Assembly: GCA_000004985.1 (NCBI GenBank)
Contig: GG738868.1
DNA length: 64,000 nt
From: Naegleria gruberi
Lineage: Eukaryota
Reading direction: 5' to 3' (one strand)
The notes under the pieces are model-generated. The model saw nothing but the letters and a program-made list of their open reading frames with translations, made no database searches and was not told the origin of the DNA. Of the stretch, positions 45,703 through 55,812 are shown piece by piece (position 1 is the first letter of the stretch; every line of letters begins with the position of its first letter). Made by a program: the position numbers and the translations under genes.

Positions 45703-46272
45703 ATGGACGGAATTAATTTACTCGAAACTGATCATACCAAGCTTCGTGACAAGATTTCACAATTCAGAAATAATGATAACTGGACAAGTCGTCAACTGTT
45801 GATCAAGGAAATTATTTCAAATGTGTGCCAACACACTTCTGCTGAGGAAAGATATCTCTACGATTTGATTACCCAAAAATTCGACAATGGAAAATTCCTC
45901 TACGATAAGCAATTGATCGACAATCAAGTCCACAAGGAAATGATGCAATTCTTACTCGACAAGATTGATATTCTCTCAGTTGGAAATATGTCATTCCGTG
46001 ATTCCTATCAACAAGAATGTGAAAAACTCTTCTCAGTTCTCGAAGATCACATGAAGGAAGAAGAACAATTAGTTTTCCCTAAACTTCGTGAAACTCTCAA
46101 CACTACTGAATTGAGTGATTTGTACAAGAATTTGGAATGGGCAAAACAAAATGCTCCAACCAGACCACATCCATCAACTCCAGTTGTTGGATCAAAGATT
46201 TTACATCCAGTTGCTGGACTTGTTGATTCACTTACTGAAAGTTTGACTGGAACTACTAATGTTAACAAGTAA
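45703..46272 (+). CDS. Hemerythrin-like (HHE cation-binding) domain protein, 189 aa
   Basis: Spaced His/Glu pattern H..EERYLYDLI .. HKEMMQFL .. LEDHMKEEEQLVFPKL characteristic of hemerythrin-like domains, judged by eye. Confidence 0.5.
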   Translation: MDGINLLETDHTKLRDKISQFRNNDNWTSRQLLIKEIISNVCQHTSAEERYLYDLITQKFDNGKFLYDKQLIDNQVHKEMMQFLLDKIDILSVGNMSFRDSYQQECEKLFSVLEDHMKEEEQLVFPKLRETLNTTELSDLYKNLEWAKQNAPTRPHPSTPVVGSKILHPVAGLVDSLTESLTGTTNVNK

Positions 46273-46631
46273 TTCAATTGAATCAACACAGTTGTGAACT
46301 AGAATAGATTGATTTAAATTGTATTGATAATATTAATAAAGTAAAGGTGTGTCAAGTGTTGTTTACAATAAGAATGTTATTGGAAAGGGCAAGAGAATTA
46401 AATGTCAATCAGTTGTTTAACCTTCCATGAATGTCTTTACAAACGAAGGAGCGTTCCTTTTCATCTAATGCCCTTCTAATTACTCTGTGTTTCGCTCACT
46501 TCAGCAGAACAATTATGAAGTATCGGATTTTGAAAACTAAACTTAAAAAAAAAATACGCAAACATCTTCTGCTGCTGCTATTAGAATTTAAACAAATAAT
46601 TAACGGTTAATCCTTCATCACTCACAACACA

Positions 46632-48120
46632 ATGAATCCCGTAGATCCGAATTGGATTGAAACTCAACATCGTTCCTTTTTAAATTGGACGAATAGTCAA
46701 CTACGAAACAAACATGTTCAATTGACTAATTTAACAGAAGATTTAAAGAGTGGAGTCCATTTACTTGAATTACTCTCCGAATTACTTCATACTCCAATAC
46801 ACATTCCAATTACAAATCCACAGTTTAGAATACAAATGATGAATAACTTGACAGAAGCTTTGGAAATTATTCGAAAGGATTGTGACATTTCCTTGATAAA
46901 TATTGATTCGAATGATATAGTAGATGGAAATACCAAGTTAGTTTTAGCATTAATTCACTCATTGATGTATAAATATCAAGTATGTAAAGCAATGAGTGAT
47001 GACAGAAATGTCATTGACAAGAATACGCCAATGACAGTTGTTGAAAAGCAATTAATTGATTGGTTGAATTCAATTTTATATAATTCTCAACCTGTAATTA
47101 CAAATATTACAAATGATTGGACAAATGGTGAACATTTGAAAAATCTAGTTCATTATTTTCTTCCACATAATTTCGAACAAGTATTCGAAAGTTTGAATTC
47201 AATGAATCCGACTGAGAAAATTGCAGAATGTATTAAATTAGCTGATCAAGAATTGAAAATTCCAAAGATTTTAGAAGCTCAAGATATTTCCAATGGTCCA
47301 GATCAATTTTCCATGTTGGCTTATTTATCCTATTATAGAATGGCAATTAAGAAACAATTAGATCAGAAACCACCATTGGTAGAAACTGTTTCTAATACTC
47401 CTCCTCTTCCTCAACCAACAACCAATAGAAGTGGTACAAGTTCCTCCTCCTCCTCAACAACAACCATCATTGGTAGCTCAACAAGTTCCTCCTCCACCAA
47501 TTCAAGTCGAAACTAAACCAATTTCACAGCCAACAGTTTCTTCTATGAATTTTGATGATATTTCAAGTGCTCCACCATTGTCTCCTCCTTCCATTGATGA
47601 GCAAAAATTTAATTATCAACAACAACCTCCAGTCCAGAATTGGAATTTACAACCAAGTCAACCAGTCCAACCAGTTCAATATTATCCACAATCTCATCAA
47701 CAATCATTGACCAAATCAACCTATCTTCCAGATCAATCCAATCAAGCAAATTCTCACATTTCTTCATTATATTCACCTGGAAATTCAAATTCTGTTCAAC
47801 TCATTCCACAAATTCCTTCTCCAAATCAACAAGTGTACGGACAAGAAAACAATCATCAATCATTGATGGTTCCACCACCTCTAATGCCAACACAATCATT
47901 GCAACCATACATGGATCCATATCAACAGTTTAATGGAATACCAACTCAACACATGATGATGATGAATCAATATTCTCCTCAAATGCAACCTCCTCCACAA
48001 ATGCCTCCACAACAGCAACGACAACCAATGATTATCACCACAACTACTACTACAAATAATCATCAAGTATTCACATCGGATAATATGCAATATGGATATT
48101 ATCAACAACAATTTTATTGA
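46632..48120 (+). CDS. Actin-binding-type tandem calponin-homology (CH) domain protein with a long Pro/Gln-rich C-terminal low-complexity tail. The reading frame changes near 47430 (see findings).
   Basis: CH1 QHRSFLNWTNSQLRNKHVQLTNLTEDLKSGVHLLELLSELL and CH2 KQLIDWLNSIL..DWTNGEHLKNLVHYFLP. The downstream +1 frame stays open for 229 aa of PQ-rich sequence up to the stop at 48118-48120. Confidence 0.65.
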
Positions 48121-48467
48121 GTAAATTGAAAATTTGAAATTCAATAAATTTTTATTGTAAACTTTCAAGTATTGGGAAATTTCCACTTTTTTGATATGTT
48201 TGTGGTATTGATAGATACGAATCTGAATATGAATCTCTGAGAATTCGAATATTTTTCTTGTAATTTCCATTTTTGAATTCTTTTCAAACCTCATTTAGAT
48301 CTAATACAACATTTCACATTCTTTCATTGTATTCGATAGTAGTACAATCCTATTCTAGCTGATTAGTATTGATTTTGGCGCGTTGTAGTTTTATATTCTC
48401 TGACACAAAATTCCTTAAATACTGAACTTTCGGCAGATTTCTTCCAGAACAGTTCCAAAAAAAACAA

Positions 48468-50339
48468 ATGACCCCATTCAAGAATCTAGTGCTTGCACTA
48501 TTGGGTCTTGTCTGCTTGACACTTATTACAAACTCTGTACAAAGTTCAAGCATGCCATCCATCATTAGAAGACAATTGACATATAAGAAATGTGAATCCA
48601 TTGGTGATCCACATTATCTTTCATTCACTGGTCAACGTTTCGATCACATGGGTTTAGGAGATTACGTTCTTGCTCAATCATCTGATAATCAATTCACTGT
48701 TCATGTCAGAACTAGTAAGTGGGGAGGTGCTGCAGCTGTCAATTCCAATGTTGCTGTCAGATTAGGTAAAGGAGAAGATGATACTTTCGAATATGATGTC
48801 GAACAAGATGTTTTTTACATTTCTGGTGTAAAGGCAAGTGTAGCTGTCAATCAAAAAGTTTCACTTGGAACAGGTGACATTCACAGATTGAATTCTAACA
48901 CTGCTGTCATTTCTGCATCCAATGGAGTCAAGATGACAATGTCTTGGTATCGTCATGCTGCTTGGAAACAACAATTAGGTTCGGTTGGCTACATTTCAGC
49001 TGTCATTGATGCTCCAAGTGATGTCAATTTCAGTAAGGGAATGTGTCTTGGCATTAATCAAGCATCTCAACAAGCAATTGACATTTTGCACAATCACGTT
49101 CAGAGAAGAATTGCTAGAAAGGCAGAACTCTTGAAGGAAACTCCAAAGAGAAAGAGAACTGCACGAAAGGTCTGTAAGAAAGCTGGTTTAAAGAAGAAAC
49201 AAAATCCATTCGCTTGGAAGTCATGTGTCAAGGATGCCATTCAATCAGGTGCCAAGATTGGTTTGGCAATTGGTAAAACCATTAAGAAGGTTAAAGTTGC
49301 TGAAAAGAAAGTTCTGAAAAAGGCAATGAAGAAGAGAGGCAAGAAAATTGTTCGAAAGGTAAAGAAGGGAATTAAAAAGGCAGAGAAACAAGTTGACTTG
49401 TTGAAGAAGAAGGCTGATCAAGCTCAAAAGAAGGCAACTGCAAAGAAAAACAAGTGTGCTAAGCGTGCTTCCAGAAAGGCCAGACGTGCTGCTAGAAGAG
49501 CCAGACGTGCCCAAAAGAAACTTGCAAAGAAACAACAAATTCTTGAAAAGGTCAAGAAAACTGTCAAGAAAACTATCAAGAAAGTTGGTCGTCGTGTGAG
49601 AAAGGTCAGAATTGTCAAGAATTGGAACAAGCTCATCAAGAAGGTCAGAAGGGACAGAAAGAGAGCCATGAAAGCTGCTAAGAAAGCTAAGAAAGCTGCT
49701 AAAAGAGCCATCAAGGAAGCAACCAGAAAGGCAAGACAACTGGCAGAAGAAAAGAAGAAACAAGCTGAAGAATTAGCTAAAAAGCTCCAAAGAGATGCTG
49801 AAGCAGCTGCCAAGAAATTGAGAGATGCTGTCGAAGCTGCTGCAAGAAAGGCAAGAGAGGCTGCCGAAAGAGCCAGACAACAAGCTGAAAATGCCAGATT
49901 GAAAGCTACTCGTCGTGCTAGAAAACAAGCTGAAAGATTGGCCAAGTTGGCCAGAGAAGCTGCTGAAAGAGCTGCCAAGCAACAAAGAGCCATTCTTGAA
50001 CAAATTCAAAAGCTTGCCAAATTGGCTGCCATCAAGAAAGCTCAACAACAAGCTGAAGCAAAGAAGAGAGCTGCCAAAGCTTTGAGAAAGGTTGAACAAG
50101 CCAAGAGAAAGGCAGCTGAAGCTCTTGAACGTGCCAAAGCGGAAGCAACCAGAAGATCTATTGAATTGGCTGATAAATTGAGAAAAGCTGCTGAAAGAGC
50201 TGCTAAAGAAGCAGTTGAAAGAGTCAAAAAAGTTGAGGAATTGAAGAAGAAGGCCATTAAGGAAGTTGAAGAAAGGGCCAGAAAACTTCTTACTGGAGGT
50301 GTTTCAAAGGGAAAGACTGTTTGTTTAAGACTTCCATAA
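48468..50339 (+). CDS. Secreted protein with signal peptide, N-terminal von Willebrand factor type D (VWD) domain and a C-terminal highly basic K/A/R/E-rich predicted single-alpha-helix / coiled-coil region of about 400 aa (623 aa total)
   Basis: Signal MTPFKNLVLALLGLVCLTLITNSVQS. VWD signature CESIGDPHYLSFTGQRFDHMGLGDYVLAQ. Residues about 230-620 are almost entirely K, A, R, E and Q. Confidence 0.6.
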   Translation: MTPFKNLVLALLGLVCLTLITNSVQSSSMPSIIRRQLTYKKCESIGDPHYLSFTGQRFDHMGLGDYVLAQSSDNQFTVHVRTSKWGGAAAVNSNVAVRLGKGEDDTFEYDVEQDVFYISGVKASVAVNQKVSLGTGDIHRLNSNTAVISASNGVKMTMSWYRHAAWKQQLGSVGYISAVIDAPSDVNFSKGMCLGINQASQQAIDILHNHVQRRIARKAELLKETPKRKRTARKVCKKAGLKKKQNPFAWKSCVKDAIQSGAKIGLAIGKTIKKVKVAEKKVLKKAMKKRGKKIVRKVKKGIKKAEKQVDLLKKKADQAQKKATAKKNKCAKRASRKARRAARRARRAQKKLAKKQQILEKVKKTVKKTIKKVGRRVRKVRIVKNWNKLIKKVRRDRKRAMKAAKKAKKAAKRAIKEATRKARQLAEEKKKQAEELAKKLQRDAEAAAKKLRDAVEAAARKAREAAERARQQAENARLKATRRARKQAERLAKLAREAAERAAKQQRAILEQIQKLAKLAAIKKAQQQAEAKKRAAKALRKVEQAKRKAAEALERAKAEATRRSIELADKLRKAAERAAKEAVERVKKVEELKKKAIKEVEERARKLLTGGVSKGKTVCLRLP

Positions 50340-50480
50340 ATCTAATTCACCTAAGTATCAATTTGTAAATAAAACACGTTAAGATTTGTTTGTTGTAAAC
50401 TAGACACAAAAAAATTTGTGTCAAGCCAAAACCAATAAATACGTTGTTTCATCAACACGATCAAAAATTTTCAAAAAAAA

Positions 50481-51053
50481 ATGGCTAAAGCAACAAGAGG
50501 ACCTCGCATTCATCTACCAACTGATTACAAACACAAAAAAATTGACACTTTTTGTAGAAATCTGGCTTCGCAATCCAATACTACTCAAGCTTCCTCCCCA
50601 ACAAGAGATTTAGATGATTGTCAACCATTGGCAGATGACATTCCACTGGAAGAATGCGAGCATGATAATCAAGTAACAATGGCTGAGCAACAACTCATCG
50701 ACAGTACCAAATTATCACCGTGGCTAAAAGCAGCTGTTGAGAAATTGTGGAAGTTATCAATCAGAAACATCTATTTGAAACAGCTCTATAGAGAATACAA
50801 GCTAGGAAGATTGTTCTTTGAGCTAAAGAAGCAATGGGTATTCAATTTAGATATAGAATCGGTTGATCCTGTTGTGGAGAGTTGTAAGTTGTGTGGCCAC
50901 AAACATGTCAGCAAACATTTCCACATTCAACACAAGAAAAATGGAACAATCATCAAAGCAGGCTCAGAATGTGTAAAGAAGTTTAGAGTTGATGACTTGT
51001 CAAAGGAAGATTCCTTAATGGTTATCAAGCACTTGATTGGTTCCTTGCCATAA
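50481..51053 (+). CDS. Hypothetical protein (190 aa) with a C-terminal Cys/His cluster (CKLCGHKH..HFHIQH..SEC)
   Basis: ATG-initiated ORF. No homology recognised. Confidence 0.35.
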   Translation: MAKATRGPRIHLPTDYKHKKIDTFCRNLASQSNTTQASSPTRDLDDCQPLADDIPLEECEHDNQVTMAEQQLIDSTKLSPWLKAAVEKLWKLSIRNIYLKQLYREYKLGRLFFELKKQWVFNLDIESVDPVVESCKLCGHKHVSKHFHIQHKKNGTIIKAGSECVKKFRVDDLSKEDSLMVIKHLIGSLP

Positions 51054-51109
51054 CGAAAGAAAGAAAGGACTCTTATAATTATATGAAAATTAACCTTGTG
51101 TTCAATAAT

Positions 51110-51874
51110 TTATTGTTCTGCTTCTAACTTGTTTTCTTCCTTTGCTTTATGTCTTTTCAATTCTTCTTTGATATAATCATTATAAATAGCCTCTGTCTCA
51201 ATGAATACCTTATTATATAATGTAAAGTTATCTTTGTTATCTTTGATATCCTTCTCAGCAATCATATACTTGGCTTGCAAAATTTCAACAGTTTGTCTTC
51301 TGACACTTTCCAAACTAGTTCTCATCATGGCATTAATCAAACCAATTCTGAACATGGATTGTGGAACAACCTTAATAATGGTACCAGTACACAGGACACC
51401 TGTTTTGAAGATTGTAGCATCAAGTTTACTTTCGTAAACAGTGGAGGCAACACACATGATCATTCCATTATTGAGATCTGTCATCATGCATGTGTTATTT
51501 TCACCTGTGGAAATACTCATCTTGAGATTCTTGGCAACTGTTCTCAAAGCAGAAATGGCAAGAGCTTGATAACTCTTACTGTTGAATAATTCTAACAAAT
51601 CTACCAAGAGATCTGTCAAATTGACATCAATTGACTTGGTGAAAACGACAGCTTTCTTATAAATGATAGCACCACTTGCATCAGTTGGCATTGCAAAAGA
51701 ATCGTGGAATAGCTTGCAGGTTTTTTCATCACAATCTTTAATCCACTTTTTCACAGAATTGTACGTAGTTTCGTCTGTAGTACTTGGGTGAGTACCTGTT
51801 GTAATAGCATTGATGGCTCCAGTAACTCCTGACTGAATGTCTTCAATAGGAATCTTATCAAAAACGTTTCCCAT
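51110..51874 (-). CDS. Hypothetical soluble protein (254 aa) with N-terminus MGNVFDK (Gly2)
   Basis: ATG-initiated ORF. No homology recognised. Confidence 0.4.
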   Translation of the reverse strand: MGNVFDKIPIEDIQSGVTGAINAITTGTHPSTTDETTYNSVKKWIKDCDEKTCKLFHDSFAMPTDASGAIIYKKAVVFTKSIDVNLTDLLVDLLELFNSKSYQALAISALRTVAKNLKMSISTGENNTCMMTDLNNGMIMCVASTVYESKLDATIFKTGVLCTGTIIKVVPQSMFRIGLINAMMRTSLESVRRQTVEILQAKYMIAEKDIKDNKDNFTLYNKVFIETEAIYNDYIKEELKRHKAKEENKLEAEQ

Positions 51875-52206
51875 TGTTTCTAATTGTTTGTTCTTGTGTG
51901 ATTTTTTTTGTTTTGTTTGGTGAAGTTATTAGTATTACGTGAGATGAAACATTCCAATACATGTGATTTTTCGAACAGTTTGGGAAATGGTTTACAATAT
52001 CGTGTGAACTGTTAAGAGGAGTTTTCATCATTTTTGAATTAATAATCAGGCATGGAGCTGAATTTTGATCAATGATATCCTAATACACGGAGAGGTCCTC
52101 ATTTGTTTTGGATTACTGTTCTGTTTAAATCAAAGTACTTTACAATGAAGCATTTACAGTTTATTTACTGTAAAGCGTCCTAGATCAAAAGATAACCCAT
52201 AAAAAA

Positions 52207-54463
52207 TTAATGTAATTGACCATCTTGTGTATCCAAATCAATATTGGATGATATTTCAGATCTAGTATCACCAAAATCAGAGTATGAACTATATAAAGGT
52301 TGTTTCAAACTGGATGAATCAAGTGAATTGGCAAATTCTTTAACTTCATCTCCTCCAACTTCGTCCCTCTCCCTAACAGAAGGCCAAACTCCAAATATTA
52401 CAAATACAAATAAACATGAGATGACCAACATCCACCCCAAAACAAGTGACAAAATGTCATATTCATAAACAATCTTTCCATCAGGTGATTGATTTCTATG
52501 ATTGGTAGAAAATGGTTGAATGCACTCAGTTACAATATTCCAAACAACGAGTATGAATAATAGAACAGGTCCAATGTACTTGATGGAAATGCTCCACAAA
52601 ATGTAAGGTCCAAATGAAGTTTCCTTGGAGAATCGTTCCCTTACATGTTCAATAGAAAAGAAGGAAACCTGTTTGAAATTATTCCAATTCTTTTCCAAAC
52701 GGAATTGATTCCAACGTTTTGAAAAGTATTGGCAAATAGAAATCCAATAGGTTATTGATTTGGTTCTTCTGAGTGCCTTTTTCTTTTTTCTATTGACTCC
52801 TCCATCTTGGTTGGAAGAGAACCATCCAATCATGACACATTCCATCATGGCAATCATTCCCATTCCATAATTTCCAACATAGTGATCTACAATTTCCAAA
52901 ATATAATACCCATTGGAGAGTGTGAATGGCACTGCAATCACACAAATGAGACAAACCACAATAATTGAAACAACTAATCGTCTGGTATTTCTACGAGGTA
53001 TTTGATTCTTGACAATATCAATCATGGACTCTACAAAACACATTATACTGTTAAATCCAACAAAGACTAGAGAAAGCAAGAGAATGAACACAAAAATTTG
53101 TGGTGTTGGGAATAATCTAGAAACTACTTCAATCATGACGAATAGAGGACTCGCAATCGCAGGAGTAAAGAGTGAATTGATTTCATAAGGACTGGTCCTA
53201 GTAGTCGAAAGATAACCTAAACTAGCATAATAGGTCAATCCACTAATTAAGGAAAATAACAATCCAAAGAAAATGATAGTCCACGAAGTGAAAATAGTAT
53301 CCTTCTTCGTCTTGTACTGTGAAGCATGAATAGCAAGAGCACCATTGGCAATACCATATGTGAAACATAATTGTCCAAAAGCTCCCAACCATAAATCTCC
53401 CTTTGCTAATAAGCTCCAATTTGGTCTGAGGAATTGCAACATTCCTGAACTAGCTCCAATTTCCAATGACACTCTAACCAATACAACAATCATAACCACC
53501 AGATACGACAAGCTCAATAATGAAATGATGACTCGAGAAAATCTATTGATGTACTGGGCAAAAACGAGCCAATAGGTAAGAAACCAGAAACAAACTAGAG
53601 AAACCAGTATTGGCCATGAAAGGAATCCTGAAAGATCAAATGAGTGATCTGAGAGATGCAATATTTCATCGTGAAAGAAGGTTTCTGGTTTATCAGACCA
53701 TGGAAATCTATATTTTCATCCAAAATATTGAAAAACAATGTTTCCAATTCAAATTAAATTGAAATACGTACTGTTCCATAAAAACATATCCAAAATAAGT
53801 TGCAATCCAACAAGTAATCACAGAATAATAAGAAGCAATAATCAAACTTCCAAAAACAATTGCTGCCATTCCAATTCCACTAGCTCTCCTATTCCACCTT
53901 CCCAATGCAAAGACAATCGATTGCTTGGCAATAGAACCCAATGTGAAATCCAAAATAATCAAAGGAGCTCCAATGATCACTAATAATACAATATATGGTA
54001 TAAAGAATGCACCTCCCTCGAATTGGTGCACTAAATAAGGGAATCTAATAACACTTCCAAACGTCATTGAGAATCCCACTGTTAAAATCAATGATTCCAA
54101 CATTCTTGCAATGACAAGGCTCTTCTTTTCATGTACAACAGAATTGCCTTGATCATTAGCAGCAGATGAGTAATAGTACAATGATGTCTGGTTATTTCCT
54201 CCGATTCCATGTTTGACAAACTTGTCATCAGCACCATGAGCACCACCACCATCATTAATACTCATCATTGAAGGAGAAGAATTTACAAAATGATTAGATG
54301 ATGAAATTCTGTGATTTGTTGATGGCTTATCTTCATGACTATCAATGGAACCATAATGAGTGGTGGGAATGTAATTGTGTTGTGAGGATTGCGAAAGGGC
54401 CCTTCCTCTCTGCTTATCATAATATTCATCATCATCATAATACAATTGATTATTATTCATCAT
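52207..54463 (-). CDS. SLC6-family (Na+-coupled neurotransmitter / amino-acid transporter, NSS) membrane transporter, about 730 aa. Exon 1 is 54463-53772, a 64-nt intron lies at 53771-53708 (CA|GTACGT..ATATAG, phase 2), and exon 2 is 53707-52207.
   Basis: NSS TM1-TM2 signature GSVIRFPYLVHQFEGGAFFIPYIVLLVIIGAPLIILDFTLGSIAKQ. Splicing gives ..YFGYVFMEQ|FPWSDKPETFFHD.., which parallels the conserved LPW motif of extracellular loop 2. Downstream helices match the NSS fold. The combined length is divisible by 3. Confidence 0.8.
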
Positions 54464-55119
54464 CTTGTGTTATTATGTACAATTATGTGTTCCGGTGATG
54501 AATTTGTTATTAAATTAAAATTATAAATATATTCTCTCAATAGAAGTATAAAATCCTTCTATGAATTATTATTGTGTAATAACAAGAAGTTTCCCTGATT
54601 GAAACTCTAATGAGAATCTTGACAAAAAAACTTTGAAAAAAAGGCGCCAAAGTGGAGATGTTTTTTTAGCTTTGGAAAGAAGAGAGAAAATCTTGGAAGA
54701 AAATCTTGCAAAGTTCCAAAAAACTGTAGTTGGTTTGAAATTCTCTGCTAAATGAAAGGTTCCTTATTACAACTTGAAATGCTGCTGAGAATATAATGGA
54801 AACAAGATGGACACTTTACAATGCTTTACAAAATTCAACGATTATCTTTTCATTTCACAAATTTTCCTTAATGATCAATATGAATTCAACAGCTCTTAGT
54901 TTTTCCTAATCAGTTCAATTCCACGCCATAGCACAACGACTAGCATTGATCCGTTACCACACAACAATCTGCATGCACTAAATTTCCCGCCAAAATAAAA
55001 ACCAATAATCAAAGCCTTGCTCAATCCAAAGCAATAGCAAAAAAAAATGAGCGCCAACAATACTAAACAACTTTGCTGTTCAACTCTTCGAGATTGCTCA
55101 CTTGAAAAGTGCTGGGGAG

Positions 55120-55716
55120 ATGAGTGCTCGGGCCTTTGAGGAAGATCCAGGCTGTTCATACATGTTTGTTGATTTTGAAGGAAAGGCCAAGTTGGATATT
55201 TTAGCTTGGTTCTGGGAAAGATATTTGTGGTTGAGTGTTGCTTTTAATCCTGAGAATTATGTAATTATGAATGGAGAGGATGTGATTGCCGAGACATGTA
55301 TTTTGTTTCATGATGGACATGTGGTCACATTTTGGGATAAGATGAGAGCTGGAATTTTGAAGATGCCATTCGTGGCTGGCATGAACGCTGTCAATAGAAT
55401 GTTGAAGAATGGAAATTTATCATTGGAAGATGATATATTGTGGGGGAAACTTGGATTGGACAAGACTAAATTCTCAAAAATTGAACATGTTGCTGTGGAT
55501 CCTAAATTTCAAGGAAGAGGACTTGGAAGAAAGATTGTCGAACATAGTATTGAGAGAATTAGACAGAAGGGATATTCTGGATGTTTTTTGGGAACTCAGA
55601 AAAAGGCAAATGTTGATTTTTACACCAAATTAGGATTTGAAAAGGTTGGAGAACAATTAGTTGATGAAACTGCTGAAGATTCTCCTTATAAGTATCTCAT
55701 GTTGATGAAATTTTAA
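55120..55716 (+). CDS. GNAT-family N-acetyltransferase (about 198 aa)
   Basis: Motif A IEHVAVDPKFQGRGLGRKIVEHSIERIRQKGYSGCFLGT followed by VDFYTKLGFE. First ATG at 55120. Confidence 0.7.
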   Translation: MSARAFEEDPGCSYMFVDFEGKAKLDILAWFWERYLWLSVAFNPENYVIMNGEDVIAETCILFHDGHVVTFWDKMRAGILKMPFVAGMNAVNRMLKNGNLSLEDDILWGKLGLDKTKFSKIEHVAVDPKFQGRGLGRKIVEHSIERIRQKGYSGCFLGTQKKANVDFYTKLGFEKVGEQLVDETAEDSPYKYLMLMKF

Positions 55717-55812
55717 AATCACCTCCATTCCTTAATATTAATTATTTAATTATTTATAGAATTAATTATTTAATAATTGTAAATTATCCACAAAATTAAT
55801 TTATTAAAAAAA

